The notes: generated by a model from the letters alone, not told the origin. 64,000 nt of DNA from Candidatus Sulfotelmatobacter kueseliae (GCA_900290255.1 OMOD01000122.1:14314-78313), one strand, 5' to 3'. Positions 18,670 through 29,312 are shown, counted from the stretch's first letter. Program-made: numbers and translations.

Positions 18670-20082
18670 TTGGAACCGGAGCATCTACATTTCGGAGGCG
18701 GCACAGCTGATACCGTCCTCAACCCCATTGTTCTGCTGTTGGTTCTCATCGTGGGGGTACTCATCCTGGTCTGGCCGCGCAGCAAAGCGATCGCACCATT
18801 CATCGCTGCCTCTATTCTTATTCCGCTGGACCAGGTACTTGTGGTCGGTGGGCTCCACTTTCCAATGCTGCGCCTCCTCGCGCTTTTCGGCATCGTCAGG
18901 CTTATACGGGAGAAAATCTCATCGAGGGCTCGGATCTTCAGTGGCGGGGTCAACAAGATCGATCTTGCGGTCATTTTGTTTGCAACATCCACTGCCCTCG
19001 CCGGAATCCTGCTGTTTCAAGAAGTGGGAGCCGTGATCTTTCAGCTCGGAAATATGTACACAATCTTTGGTATCTATTTTCTACTGCGATTTCTGGTCCG
19101 CGATAGAGAAGACATTATCCGCGTAGTCCGGACACTTGCATGCGTCGCCGCGCCAATCGCTGTCGTCATGATTTGGGAAATAGCAACGGGGCACAATCCA
19201 TACGCAGTACTGGGAGGGGCGCGGGCTTCGTTCTACGCAAACCTCATGGAGCGCGATGGCAAATTTCGCGCGCTGGGATGTTTCGGGCATCCGATCCTGG
19301 CCGGAACGTTCGGTGCGATCGTGCTTCCACTATTCGTTTTGCTGTGGCGCGAGGGCAAGAAGCACCACACACTCGCCGCAGTCGGAATCGCTTCAACAGC
19401 GGTGATCGTCGGAACATCGAACTCCAGCACACCCATCCTGGCATATGTAGGTGGTGTGCTGGCTCTGTGTTTATGGCCGCTGCGCAACTGGATGCGAGCC
19501 ATACGGTGGGGCATCGTTTTTATCCTGGTCTGTGTGCATATTGTCTGGAAGCACCCAGTATGGTACCTCGTCGCCAAGGTCGACATCTCGGGAGGGTCGT
19601 CATCGTGGCACCGGTTTGCCCTGGTCGATCAATGCATCCGACACTTTGGAGATTGGTGGCTGATTGGTGTTAAGTCGACGGAGGCTTGGGGCTGGGACAT
19701 GTGGGATACAGCGAACCAATACGTGGGTACTTGCGATTCTTCCGGTCTGCTTCCGTTTTTGTTATTCATTGCCATTCTCGTATATGGATTTAAGTACCTT
19801 GGAAGGGCCAGAAGAGTTGCCAGTGACAAGAAGCAGAAGTTGTTCTTTTGGGCGCTGGGGGCTTCGCTCTTCGCGAATGTCGTCTCCTTCTTTGGCATCT
19901 CGTATTGGGACCAAACCCAGGTGGTTTGGTATGGACTGCTCGCATCAATCTCTGCATCTGTTGTGATTCGTTCAGAGTCTCCGCAATTACCCCATGAAAG
20001 CGGTAACTGGGCCGAACGAGCCTCGAAATTCACTACTGACGCTGAAACCGAAGCAGTCGAACCAGCCTCGGCCCAGACTTAG
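18670..20082 (+). CDS. O-antigen ligase/polymerase-like (Wzy-type) integral membrane protein
   Basis: 470 aa with about 10+ hydrophobic spans, a large loop region and a TTG start. Position between GTs in a locus with a Wzx. Confidence 0.7.
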   Translation: MEPEHLHFGGGTADTVLNPIVLLLVLIVGVLILVWPRSKAIAPFIAASILIPLDQVLVVGGLHFPMLRLLALFGIVRLIREKISSRARIFSGGVNKIDLAVILFATSTALAGILLFQEVGAVIFQLGNMYTIFGIYFLLRFLVRDREDIIRVVRTLACVAAPIAVVMIWEIATGHNPYAVLGGARASFYANLMERDGKFRALGCFGHPILAGTFGAIVLPLFVLLWREGKKHHTLAAVGIASTAVIVGTSNSSTPILAYVGGVLALCLWPLRNWMRAIRWGIVFILVCVHIVWKHPVWYLVAKVDISGGSSSWHRFALVDQCIRHFGDWWLIGVKSTEAWGWDMWDTANQYVGTCDSSGLLPFLLFIAILVYGFKYLGRARRVASDKKQKLFFWALGASLFANVVSFFGISYWDQTQVVWYGLLASISASVVIRSESPQLPHESGNWAERASKFTTDAETEAVEPASAQT

Positions 20083-20115
20083 CCTACACAAACATTCTCT
20101 AAAACTGTCGGGTTT

Positions 20116-21045
20116 ATGGTGCGAAGGCAACAATACTGCGGTGCATACGTCCTCTTGACTGCGGCCTACAATGAAGAGGCCTACATAGAGAGGACCATCC
20201 AGAGCGTTGTCTCGCAAACGCTCCGGCCGCGACGATGGGTAATTGTCGATGACGATTCTACAGACCGCAGCGGTCAGATTGTGCAGAGCTACGCCGAAAA
20301 ACACGACTTCATAAAACTTCTGCGGGTCACTAAAAAGGCAGGCCATAGCTTCGCTGCGAAGGTCGTTGCCCTAAGAAAGGGCGAAGAGTTGCTGCGAGGG
20401 CTCGAATACGACTTCATCGGGAATCTCGATGCGGATCTTTCTCTGGAACATCGCTATTTCGAAGAATTGATCCGGCATTTTCTCGCTCATCCGGAACTCG
20501 GACTGGCGGGTGGTTTTGTTTACGAGGACGATGGAAATGGATTTAGGGGCCGGTGGTTCAACAGCGTCAGTAACGTGTCTCACGCAGCACAACTGGTCCG
20601 CCGCCAATGCTATGAGGGAATCGGCGGATATGCAGTCTTGAAATACGGGGGCGAAGATTGGTATGCACAAACGTGTGCCAAGATGAAGGGCTGGCAGGTC
20701 GAGTCGATTCCACGATTGAAGATTTTCCATCATCGGCACACGGGGGCGAGCAGTCACCCGATTAGAAACGCTTTTCGTCTGGGGCGATTGGATTATTCTT
20801 TCGGGAGTGACCCGATGTTTGAAGTAGTGAAATGCCTCCGGAGACTCAAAGAGAGGCCACGTTTCGTTGCTGCGATGACACGGCTTTTGGGATTTGCGTG
20901 GTGTTATCTTTCCGGAGAGGAGAAAGCTGTGCCTGCAGAATTTGCAGCGTATCTGCGCAAGGAGCAGAGGTCAAGGGTCTCCTCCTTGTTCAGCACTCAA
21001 ACTTTCCGCTTCTCGCTGCGTAGCAGCAACAGGCAGGTTCCGTGA
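20116..21045 (+). CDS. Family 2 glycosyltransferase
   Basis: YVLLTAAYNEEAYIERTIQSVVSQT, WVIVDDDSTDRS, GNLDADL. Confidence 0.8.
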   Translation: MVRRQQYCGAYVLLTAAYNEEAYIERTIQSVVSQTLRPRRWVIVDDDSTDRSGQIVQSYAEKHDFIKLLRVTKKAGHSFAAKVVALRKGEELLRGLEYDFIGNLDADLSLEHRYFEELIRHFLAHPELGLAGGFVYEDDGNGFRGRWFNSVSNVSHAAQLVRRQCYEGIGGYAVLKYGGEDWYAQTCAKMKGWQVESIPRLKIFHHRHTGASSHPIRNAFRLGRLDYSFGSDPMFEVVKCLRRLKERPRFVAAMTRLLGFAWCYLSGEEKAVPAEFAAYLRKEQRSRVSSLFSTQTFRFSLRSSNRQVP

Positions 21046-22103
21046 ATCACATTCTTCATGTTGTTGGGGCTCGACCGAATTTTGTGAAGGCGGCGCCAGT
21101 GCTGCGCGCCATGCGGCAGCTCGGTCTGCGCCAAACGTTAGTCCATACGGGTCAACACTACGACCGGAATATGTCAGATGTGTTCTTTACAGAGCTCGAA
21201 ATCCCGGCGCCGGATTTCAATCTGGAAGTAGGCTCTGGTAGCCATGCTTTTCAGACCGCAGAGATCATGCGGCGCTTCGAGCCTGTGGTTCTAGATCGGA
21301 GGCCTGACATTGTGCTGGTGTATGGCGATGTGAATTCGACGGTCGCGGCTGCTCTGGTTTGCTCAAAGCTTCTGTTTCGTGTGGGTCACGTGGAAGCTGG
21401 GCTGCGGTCGTTCGACCGTACGATGCCGGAGGAGATCAACCGCATAGTTACAGACCGCCTCTCGGATGTACTGTTCACCCCCTCCGAAGACGGCGATCTC
21501 AACCTGAAGCAGGAGGGTGTGCCATCAGAGCGTATACACCGGGTCGGCAACGTGATGATCGACTCGCTGATTCAGGTCTTGCCAGCGGCCGGGAACTGTC
21601 CGAAGAATGGTGGACCTTCGCGATTTGCACTTGTGACGCTCCACAGGCCTTCGAATGTGGACGATAGCGACAATCTGCACAGGGTTCTCCAGTCCCTTAT
21701 TGAGGCAAGCGCGCAACTAGACATCATTTTCCCAGTCCATCCTCGAACTCGCCAGCGCATCGAGGAATTCGGAATCGACGCCGACCGGTTGCATCTGTAC
21801 GAGCCGATGCCCTACATCGAGTTCCTGTCGCTGCAGAGCCGGGCCACAGTGGTCATCACGGACTCCGGCGGAATTCAAGAGGAAACGACATACTTAGGCG
21901 TTCCCTGCCTAACGTTGCGTACCAACACTGAACGTCCGATCACGGTGGAAGTGGGAACCAACATTCTTGTGGGAGACGACAAGAAGCGGTTGGACGCGGA
22001 GTTGAAAAACATCTTGGCGGGGAAAGCCAAGAGGGGCCTAATTCCCCCGCTCTGGGATGGACACACTGGAGAACGTATAGCGCGAATAATCGCATCGTTG
22101 TAG
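21042..22103 (+). CDS. wecB: UDP-N-acetylglucosamine 2-epimerase (non-hydrolysing)
   Basis: ILHVVGARPNFVKAAPVLRAM, VHTGQHYDRNMSDVFFTELEIPAPDFNLEVGSGSHAFQTA, VEAGLRSFDRTMPEEINR, DSGGIQEE. Confidence 0.9.
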   Translation: MNHILHVVGARPNFVKAAPVLRAMRQLGLRQTLVHTGQHYDRNMSDVFFTELEIPAPDFNLEVGSGSHAFQTAEIMRRFEPVVLDRRPDIVLVYGDVNSTVAAALVCSKLLFRVGHVEAGLRSFDRTMPEEINRIVTDRLSDVLFTPSEDGDLNLKQEGVPSERIHRVGNVMIDSLIQVLPAAGNCPKNGGPSRFALVTLHRPSNVDDSDNLHRVLQSLIEASAQLDIIFPVHPRTRQRIEEFGIDADRLHLYEPMPYIEFLSLQSRATVVITDSGGIQEETTYLGVPCLTLRTNTERPITVEVGTNILVGDDKKRLDAELKNILAGKAKRGLIPPLWDGHTGERIARIIASL

Positions 22104-22258
22104 GTAAGGGTTGCGGATATAAGAATCCGTAAGTAATAGAGTACAGTGGAGTTAGGCATCTCTTTTGCGCTAGATATTTGTGTGATAAACTGACATAGTT
22201 AATTCCGCAGAACTCCCTCCTTAGTTACTTTGAACCAGCAAAAACCTCATTTGAATCT
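22104..22258 (+). promoter_or_regulatory. AT-rich intergenic region; likely operon boundary/promoter for the 22259-31864 operon
   Basis: This is the only sizeable, visibly AT-rich gap between 20 upstream and 8 downstream co-directional genes. No specific -35/-10 element or riboswitch was recognised. Confidence 0.3.
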
Positions 22259-23497
22259 ATGACAGATACAGTTATTGTTGGGGCAGGTCCTTACGGACTC
22301 TCGATCGGAGCCCACCTTCGGCAATCCAGAGTCCCATTTCGCATTTTCGGTCGTCCGATGGACAGCTGGCGGTCGCACATGCCGAAAGGCATGCTGCTCA
22401 AGTCGGACGGATTTGCCTCGAACATTTCTGATCCCAAGGGTCATTTCACCCTAGGGAAGTTTTGCGCAGAACGGGGAATCCCGTACGCCGACACGGGCAC
22501 CCCAGTTCGGCTCGAGACATTCACTGAGTACGGACTTGCGTTCAAAGAGCGCGTCGTGCCCGAGCTCGAGGATAAGCTCGTTATCAACATCGAGCACACA
22601 CCCGAAGGCTACTTGCTTCGACTCGATGATGGCAAACTCGTGAAAGCTCGCAGGGTGGTGCTTGCGGTTGGAATCACCCATTTCGAATACGTGCCCGACG
22701 TCCTGGCACATCTGCCGGCCGAATATCTCTCACACAGTGCCCGCCATAGTGAGCCTGGAGTTTATAGCGGGCGCAACGTCGTGGTGATCGGCGGCGGCTC
22801 TTCCGCGCTCGACTGGGCGGGACTACTGCACGAGGCGGGGGTGAACGTGCAGTTGGTCGCGCGTCAGACATCGCTGAAGTTTCATGGAAAGCCGACTGGC
22901 AAGCCCAGGTCACTCTGGAGGAGAATTCAGAAGCCTAAAACCGGTCTTGGTCCGGGCTGGCGATCGAGCTTCTATGCAAATGCTCCGGCCCTGTTTCACC
23001 ATTTGCCCGAGAGCTTGCGATTGGAGATCGTCCAACGGACGTTGGGGCCGTCGGGAGGATGGTTCATCAAGGACAAGGTAATGGGCAAGGTGCCTCTTTG
23101 GTTGGGTTACACCATTGAGAATGCCGAGGTCCAGGGGCGCCAGGTGCATCTTCGTCTGCGGGCGCAAGACGGAACCGCAAAAGAGATACTGGCCGATCAC
23201 ATCATCGCGGCGACTGGCTACAAGGTTGATCTTGAGCGGTTGACTTTCCTCAGTCCGGACATCCGTTCGAAGGTGAAGACCGTAAAGAACACCCCGGTGC
23301 TTTCCACTACCTTTGAATCATCCGTGCCCGGCCTCTATTTTGTGGGGATCGCTGCGGCAAACAGCTTTGGCCCTGTCATGCGGTTTGCCTTCGGCGCTGA
23401 GTTCGCCGCTCGGACAATTGCTCGAGCGATTTCAAAGTCGCCCTATCGGGATGCGGTTTCTGACTCCGTTTCCAGCGTGGCGACAACGGCCAGATGA
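22259..23497 (+). CDS. Two-dinucleotide-binding flavoprotein, class-B monooxygenase-like (FAD + NAD(P)H)
   Basis: VIVGAGPYGLSIGAHL (FAD GxGxxG), VVVIGGGSSALDWAGLL (second Rossmann), IIAATGYKVDL (ATG motif). Paralogue of 29313-30563. Confidence 0.7.
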   Translation: MTDTVIVGAGPYGLSIGAHLRQSRVPFRIFGRPMDSWRSHMPKGMLLKSDGFASNISDPKGHFTLGKFCAERGIPYADTGTPVRLETFTEYGLAFKERVVPELEDKLVINIEHTPEGYLLRLDDGKLVKARRVVLAVGITHFEYVPDVLAHLPAEYLSHSARHSEPGVYSGRNVVVIGGGSSALDWAGLLHEAGVNVQLVARQTSLKFHGKPTGKPRSLWRRIQKPKTGLGPGWRSSFYANAPALFHHLPESLRLEIVQRTLGPSGGWFIKDKVMGKVPLWLGYTIENAEVQGRQVHLRLRAQDGTAKEILADHIIAATGYKVDLERLTFLSPDIRSKVKTVKNTPVLSTTFESSVPGLYFVGIAAANSFGPVMRFAFGAEFAARTIARAISKSPYRDAVSDSVSSVATTAR

Positions 23498-23536
23498 ACT
23501 GGTATTGCCCGTGCTTTTCTTGAGTCGACCCGAGGC

Positions 23537-24814
23537 ATGAAGAGAGAAACCATCGCAATTCACGTCGGCTACGACGGCGATCCCACGACGAAGGCCGTGG
23601 CGGTACCCATCTATCAGACCGTCGCGTTTGAGTTTGACAGTGCGGAGCATGGAGCGGCGCTGTTCAACCTGGAGGTTCAGGGGAACATCTACACCCGGAT
23701 CGGCAACCCAACCAACACGGTGCTGGAGAAGCGCGTGGCTGCACTGGAAGGGGGAGTTGACGCGCTGAGCGTGAGTTCCGGGATGGCTGCGATCGAGTAT
23801 TCCCTGATTAACATCGCCGAAGCCGGGAACAACGTGGTTTCGCTCCCGCAGCTCTATGGCGCCACATATACCCTCTTGGCGCATATTTTCCCAAAGCGGG
23901 GAATTGAATCGCGCTTTGCGAAAAGCGACAGCCCCGACGACGTAGAGAAACTGATCGACGAGAAAACACGGGCAGTTTACTGCGAAAGCGTCGGAAATCC
24001 TGCAGGCAACGTTGCCGACATCGAGGGACTGGCGAAAGTTGCTCACAAGCACGGAGTTCCGCTTGTCGTGGACAACACCGTGGCTACACCCATTCTGCTG
24101 CGGCCGATCGAATACGGTGCTGACGTCGTGGTGCATTCCATGACCAAGTTCATGGGAGGGCACGGCACCAGCATCGGCGGAATGATCGTGGATAGCGGAA
24201 AGTTTCCCTGGCGCCGATATCCCGACCGCTTCTACATGCTGAATCGGCCCGAAATTGCCTACCACGGAGTGGTCTACGTCGATCACTACGGTGAAGCCGC
24301 TTTCGTTGCACGCTGCCGAACCGTGTGCCAGCGCAACACCGGCGCGACGATGTCCCCGTTCAACGGATTTCTATTTCTACAAGGAGTTGAAACCCTCGCC
24401 CTTCGCGTCGAGCGTCACGTGGAGAACGCCAGCAAAGTCGCGGAGTTCCTGCGCAGCCATCCGCGGGTGGCATGGGTGAACTACGCAGGCTTTCCTGACA
24501 ATCCGTTGTACCCAATGGCTCAGAAATACCTTGGTGACAAGCGTTGTTCGCTGCTCACGTTCGGAGTGAAAGGCGGGTTCGAAGCGGGAACAAAGTGCTT
24601 CAACGCGCTGCGTTTGTTCAAACGGATGGTCAATATGGGAGATGCTAAATCGCTCTCGTGCCATCCTGCTTCCACCACTCACCGGCAGTTGACTCCAGAA
24701 GAGCAGGCGAAAGTGGGTGTGACGCCTGAGATGCTCAGGCTGAGCGTGGGTATTGAGCACATTGACGACATTCTGGAAGATCTGGCTCAAGCGCTAGAGG
24801 CCACGACGAAGTAA
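23537..24814 (+). CDS. metY: O-acetylhomoserine sulfhydrylase/aminocarboxypropyltransferase family PLP enzyme
   Basis: Full-length Cys/Met-metabolism PLP enzyme: AVAVPIYQTVAFEF, HSMTKFMGGHGTSIGG (PLP Lys), GDAKSLSCHPASTTH. Confidence 0.9.
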   Translation: MKRETIAIHVGYDGDPTTKAVAVPIYQTVAFEFDSAEHGAALFNLEVQGNIYTRIGNPTNTVLEKRVAALEGGVDALSVSSGMAAIEYSLINIAEAGNNVVSLPQLYGATYTLLAHIFPKRGIESRFAKSDSPDDVEKLIDEKTRAVYCESVGNPAGNVADIEGLAKVAHKHGVPLVVDNTVATPILLRPIEYGADVVVHSMTKFMGGHGTSIGGMIVDSGKFPWRRYPDRFYMLNRPEIAYHGVVYVDHYGEAAFVARCRTVCQRNTGATMSPFNGFLFLQGVETLALRVERHVENASKVAEFLRSHPRVAWVNYAGFPDNPLYPMAQKYLGDKRCSLLTFGVKGGFEAGTKCFNALRLFKRMVNMGDAKSLSCHPASTTHRQLTPEEQAKVGVTPEMLRLSVGIEHIDDILEDLAQALEATTK

Positions 24815-24856
24815 TGGTTCACAAATGGAAGCAAGCACCTTGTGGGGAGGTGTGAT

Positions 24857-25924
24857 ATGCCACTGATTGTTGAAGGCCGGGTTCCGAGTCACTGGGCGGA
24901 GAAAAGAAGTCCGCGGCATGTGGTGCCGATCGACAAGCGTGGGCGTGCAGAGTGCCTTCAGCTCGCCCTGATCAATAACATGCCAGACGCTGCTCTGGAA
25001 GACACCGAATTGCAATTCTTCGAACTGCTGGACATCGCATCCGGCGACGTTCCGATTGTCATTAAGCTCTACTCGCTGACCGGAGTTCCTCGAACTGAGC
25101 GTGGACAACGCCACCTGAACAGCTTCTACTTCGACTTTGAAGACCTGTGGAATAGTCAGCTTGACGGTGTCATCATCACGGGCACGGAACCGCACCATCC
25201 GAACCTCAAGGATGAGCCGTACTGGACGCTACTCACCAAAGTTTTCGACTGGGCCGAGCGGAACACGTTCTCGACTGTGCTGTCGTGTCTCGCGGCACAT
25301 GCGAGCGTGCTGCACTGTGATGGCATCGGCCGCCACCGGCTCTCCGACAAGCAATTTGGCATTTTCGAATCCAGAAAGACCTGCGACAACGCACTGATGA
25401 ATGGCGCTGCGAGTGTTCTCCGTTTTCCGCATTCCCGTTGGAACGAAGTGCGGGAGGAGGAACTGACGGCGTCTGGGTACCTGGTTCTCACGAAGTCGGC
25501 GGATGCCGGAGTCGACCTGTTTGTGAAAAAGAAGAAGGAAAGTCTCTTTGTTCACTTCCAGGGGCATCCGGAGTACGGGGCGCAGACTCTGGCGAAGGAA
25601 TATCGGAGAGACATCAAGAGATTCCTTCGCGGAGAACGGGAAACATTTCCGTCCATGCCGCACGGGTACTTCGATGATGCATCGACTCAACTGTTGAACG
25701 ATTTTCGCCGGAATGCCTTATCTGTTCGATGCGAGGAGATCATCGAGTCCTTCCCCGAATCAGTTGTCAACGGACTCGAAAACACCTGGCAGTCATCGGC
25801 CATTTTTGTGTATCGAAACTGGTTGAGTTACATCGCATCCCGTAAGGCTAAGAGGTCTGCGCTTCCGGCTTTTGTGCGTGTTCGACCTCTGCGGTGCCAG
25901 TCCGTACGCAACGAAATCGCATAA
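24857..25924 (+). CDS. metA: Homoserine O-acyltransferase, MetA (HTS) family
   Basis: ORF 24842..25924; ATG 24857 behind GGGGAGG. LALINNMPDAALEDTELQFFELL, DGVIITGTEP, STVLSCLAAHASV, HSRWNEV. Confidence 0.85.
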   Translation: MPLIVEGRVPSHWAEKRSPRHVVPIDKRGRAECLQLALINNMPDAALEDTELQFFELLDIASGDVPIVIKLYSLTGVPRTERGQRHLNSFYFDFEDLWNSQLDGVIITGTEPHHPNLKDEPYWTLLTKVFDWAERNTFSTVLSCLAAHASVLHCDGIGRHRLSDKQFGIFESRKTCDNALMNGAASVLRFPHSRWNEVREEELTASGYLVLTKSADAGVDLFVKKKKESLFVHFQGHPEYGAQTLAKEYRRDIKRFLRGERETFPSMPHGYFDDASTQLLNDFRRNALSVRCEEIIESFPESVVNGLENTWQSSAIFVYRNWLSYIASRKAKRSALPAFVRVRPLRCQSVRNEIA

Positions 25925-25975
25925 CCGTAGTGATTTCGCGCCCGAGCCTCAAAGCCTTGGCGCGTTTGCTTTTGT

Positions 25976-27310
25976 ATGGCTTCGATTGAAAAGAGAATTA
26001 TCTCCGCGCTCTTGGCCAAGATGCGAAAGCGCCGCGGTGCGCGCATGGCTCCACACGGAAAGTTGAGCGTCGACTCCACAGCTGTGGTGCCGCCGGCCAG
26101 ACTCCGAGAAGCACTTTTTTCAGATTTTGCAGCTGTGGCCGAACTCAAGCGACGCTGGGGGCTGGGTGCTGATTCACTAGAAAACTGGGAACGCTTGTGG
26201 TGTCGTAACCCGGCACTGGTAGGAAGTGGAGTTAAGCGTCCGATCGGCTGGGTTCTGGAAGCAAACGGAGCCATTGTTGCGTACCTTGGTAACATCTCGT
26301 TGCAATGCCGTTATGGAGACAGAACGCTAACCGCTGTCACGGCAACTGCTTTTGTGGCGGAACCCCCGTACAGAGCACTCGCGGTAACTTTGGCGGCTGC
26401 TTTTTATCGTCAGAAATCTGTCGACCTCTTCATCACCAGTTCCGCAATTGAGGCTTCCGGCAAAATCGCACTTGCTTTCAAGTGCGCTGCTTTGCCGGAA
26501 TCGGATTATGACACCGTCCGATTCTGGGTTTTGCGTTCTTATCCGTTTGCCCAGGTATTGATGAACGAACTAAGGGTTAGCCGGCTACTCTTGCCGATTG
26601 GCAGCATTCTCGCCGCACTTGCGATCAGGGCGGATACGATTATCCGGAGGCGCTGGCCTAGGCGGTCTGCGATACGACTCGCCGTGAGCGAAATCAGCCT
26701 AGACGATGTCGGGGATGATTTTCAGACGCTATGGACAGAGAAAATCAAAGAGAAGACCCGTCTGTATGCGGACCGCAGTGCGGCCACTCTACGATGGCAC
26801 TTCGACATACCCGGAGATAGAGGACGCGTGCGCGTGCTTTGCTGCCATAAAGATGGAAAACTTGACGGCTACGCCGTAGTCCGCAGCGAAGTAGATCCCC
26901 GGGCTGGCCTGCGTACGTCGACCGTCGCGGATATGATAGTCAGGCAGGATGATCCAGCGGTTGTACATGCTCTCTTGGTCGCGGCCTACGAACACGCAAA
27001 GAATGAGGGAAGCGAAATTTTTCAGATACAAGGTTTCACGTGCGACGTACGGGAAGTATTTTCTGATTGGGCACCGTATCAGAGGAAATTTCCGGCTCAC
27101 CCCTACTTTTACAAAGCGACAGACCCAGTTCTGCATAGGGTCCTGGGCGACCCGAAGGCTTGGTATGCCTGCCCCTTCGACGGAGATGCAAGCTTAGTTC
27201 GGCCCTCCTATTCGAGTTGTGACTCTCATGCAACTTTTCAGCGGGAAACGGAAAGTACTCAAACCGTTGTCGCTGTTGTTTCCGAGAGTGAACGAACCCA
27301 CGTGTCTTGA
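25976..27310 (+). CDS. Tandem GNAT-like (acyltransferase-fold) protein, paralogue of the C-terminal domain of the NRPS-PKS
   Basis: 444 aa. Alignable by eye over its length to residues ~2325-2692 of ORF 47576..55654 (for example GWVLEANGAIVAYLGNISLQCRYGDRTLTAVTATAFVAEPPYRALAVTLAAAF vs VYEGKNGRIVGFLGVVRRKMSLRGRPLCIAVGGNFVVAPEARSSLAGLRLLTAY). The V-x-P-x-x-R...A/G stretch resembles GNAT motif A. Confidence 0.55.
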   Translation: MASIEKRIISALLAKMRKRRGARMAPHGKLSVDSTAVVPPARLREALFSDFAAVAELKRRWGLGADSLENWERLWCRNPALVGSGVKRPIGWVLEANGAIVAYLGNISLQCRYGDRTLTAVTATAFVAEPPYRALAVTLAAAFYRQKSVDLFITSSAIEASGKIALAFKCAALPESDYDTVRFWVLRSYPFAQVLMNELRVSRLLLPIGSILAALAIRADTIIRRRWPRRSAIRLAVSEISLDDVGDDFQTLWTEKIKEKTRLYADRSAATLRWHFDIPGDRGRVRVLCCHKDGKLDGYAVVRSEVDPRAGLRTSTVADMIVRQDDPAVVHALLVAAYEHAKNEGSEIFQIQGFTCDVREVFSDWAPYQRKFPAHPYFYKATDPVLHRVLGDPKAWYACPFDGDASLVRPSYSSCDSHATFQRETESTQTVVAVVSESERTHVS

Positions 27311-27349
27311 AGGCTGTGGGTCCATGCCCTCAGATATTCCACAGAACAA

Positions 27350-27622
27350 ATGGCGGAGGCTATTCGATCAATGCAAACAACAGATATCGAGCGGGACGTC
27401 CGAGAATTTGTCATACAGCATTTCCTTTCTGGTGATGCCGGCAAGCTGCGAGCTGACGGGTCCCTGCTGGGCGATGTAATCGACTCCATGGGCGTCATCA
27501 CTCTTGTCGCGTATGTTCAAGAACATTTCGGAATCACGGTCAAGGATGACGAAGTGCTTCCGAGCAATCTCGATACGATTGCCAACTTGGCGGCGTTCGT
27601 GGAGAGGAAGATCGGCGCCTAG
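27350..27622 (+). CDS. Acyl carrier protein
   Basis: 90 aa; LLGDVIDSMGVITLVAYVQEHFGI contains the DSxx phosphopantetheine-attachment motif. Confidence 0.8.
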   Translation: MAEAIRSMQTTDIERDVREFVIQHFLSGDAGKLRADGSLLGDVIDSMGVITLVAYVQEHFGITVKDDEVLPSNLDTIANLAAFVERKIGA

Positions 27623-27678
27623 GGTGAACTGCTCAGCATCCCTGCGAGGACAACCACGGGTAGGTTAAGCACAACAGA

Positions 27679-29310
27679 ATGGTCATGACTGAACTTGAAA
27701 GGCCGAAGACGTTGATGGTGGCGGCCATCCGCATCAGCGATGTCGTAAGACAGTGGGCCGAGCACTTGCCCGACCACCCAGCGCTGGTCGAGAGCACGGG
27801 CACCTGGACGTATCGGCAACTGGCTTCCGCAGTCTCAGAGACTGAATCCTGGCTTCGCGAATTGAGCGTGCGTCCGGGCGATCGAGTCATGATCGTGGGC
27901 GAGAACTGCCGGGCTTTCGTGGCAATTCTCTTGGCTTCGGCAGGCATCGACGCGTGGCCCGTGCTGGTGAACGCCCGTCTCTCGGGGCGGGAGATTGACG
28001 AGATTCTGGATCACTGTGGTGCTCGTCGCGTCTTTTACACGGCAAGCGCATCGCCACATGCGGCAGACCATGCCAAGCGAAGCGGCGCGTCGTTCGAGGA
28101 GAGGAAAGGCTTTGGTTCGGTTGGTATTGGCCCCTTGCAGGAAAGCGTTGAGCCGGAGCCACTCGAGGCAAGCGTTTCCGATCGCGTCGCCGCTCTGATC
28201 TACACGTCGGGCACAACAGGGCTCCCGAAGGGCGTCATGTTATCCCACAGGAACCTCCTGTTTATGGCGGAAGGATCAGCCAAGATCCGATCCGTCAGTC
28301 CGGGCGACAGACTCTATGGCGTCCTCCCCTTGTCTCACGCCGTCGGCCTTTCCGTGGTGTTGTTAGGCGCGTTGGTTGCCGGCGCATCGGTGTATTTGAC
28401 GCCGCGGTTCGACCCGATGACGGCGCGGGTGACGCTGGAGAAGGAGCGCCTCACCTTGCTGTTGGGTACGCCCGCCATCTTTAACCAACTACTGCAATAC
28501 GCGAAGCTCAGAAAGATTTCGTCTCTGAAGTTTCCGGTACTCCGCATCATTTCATCTTCCGGAGCTCCGCTCGATCCCATTACCAAGTCGGGAATCGAGA
28601 GTCTTTTTGGCATGGTGCTGCACAACGGTTACGGTGTGACGGAATGTTCCCCCACGATTGCGCTGACGCGCCCGGAAGCACCTCGCACTGACACCTCAAT
28701 CGGAGCCGTTTTTCCCGGGGTAGAGGTAAAGTTCGTGGACAGCGACGGCCACGCGGTGGCTCCAGGTGCGGTCGGCGAGTTGCGAGTGCGTGGGCCCAAC
28801 GTTATGAAGGGATACTACCGAGCTCCGGAGGAGACAGGGTCTGCGATCGACGCCGAAGGATGGTTCAACACTCGCGACCTTGCGCGGCTGGAGGACGGGA
28901 ACCTCGTCATTGTGGGGAGGGCGAAGGATCTGATTATCCACAAGGGGTTCAACGTTTATCCAGCCGAAGTGGAGGCCGTACTCAATTCTCATCCAGCGGT
29001 GGTTCAATCTGCTGTCGTTGGTCGATCCGTTGAAGGGGACGAGGAGATTGTCGCTTTCGTTCAAACCTCGCCAGAAGCAGCTTTGACGCCCGTTGACGTG
29101 GCCAAGTACGCCGAACAACGCCTTGCTCGCTACAAGCGGCCGTCAAAAATCGTGATTCTGACGGAGATGCCGACGACCGCGACCGGGAAAATCGCAAAAG
29201 GAGTGCTCAAGAAAGTTGTTGAAGGCAGCGAATTCGAGGTAAAGATCGATGTCAAGTTTAAAATCAGCGAGCTCCACTTGACCGGTGAGAGCCCAGGAGG
29301 AAGAAACTAA
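27679..29310 (+). CDS. AMP-dependent synthetase/ligase (acyl-AMP / acyl-ACP ligase type)
   Basis: ALIYTSGTTGLPKGVMLSHRNL, NGYGVTE, WFNTRDLA, GKIAKGVL. Confidence 0.9.
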   Translation: MVMTELERPKTLMVAAIRISDVVRQWAEHLPDHPALVESTGTWTYRQLASAVSETESWLRELSVRPGDRVMIVGENCRAFVAILLASAGIDAWPVLVNARLSGREIDEILDHCGARRVFYTASASPHAADHAKRSGASFEERKGFGSVGIGPLQESVEPEPLEASVSDRVAALIYTSGTTGLPKGVMLSHRNLLFMAEGSAKIRSVSPGDRLYGVLPLSHAVGLSVVLLGALVAGASVYLTPRFDPMTARVTLEKERLTLLLGTPAIFNQLLQYAKLRKISSLKFPVLRIISSSGAPLDPITKSGIESLFGMVLHNGYGVTECSPTIALTRPEAPRTDTSIGAVFPGVEVKFVDSDGHAVAPGAVGELRVRGPNVMKGYYRAPEETGSAIDAEGWFNTRDLARLEDGNLVIVGRAKDLIIHKGFNVYPAEVEAVLNSHPAVVQSAVVGRSVEGDEEIVAFVQTSPEAALTPVDVAKYAEQRLARYKRPSKIVILTEMPTTATGKIAKGVLKKVVEGSEFEVKIDVKFKISELHLTGESPGGRN

Positions 29311-29312
29311 TC

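Noticed and set aside
22104-22258. SAM or other riboswitch upstream of the metY-containing operon, and a Rho-independent terminator after wecB (weak gcggat/atccgt hairpin at about 22113-22130).
   Set aside because: The region is AT-rich and lacks the conserved GC-rich helices of the SAM riboswitch classes I know. The hairpin has only a 6-bp stem including a G-U pair, and no T-tract.
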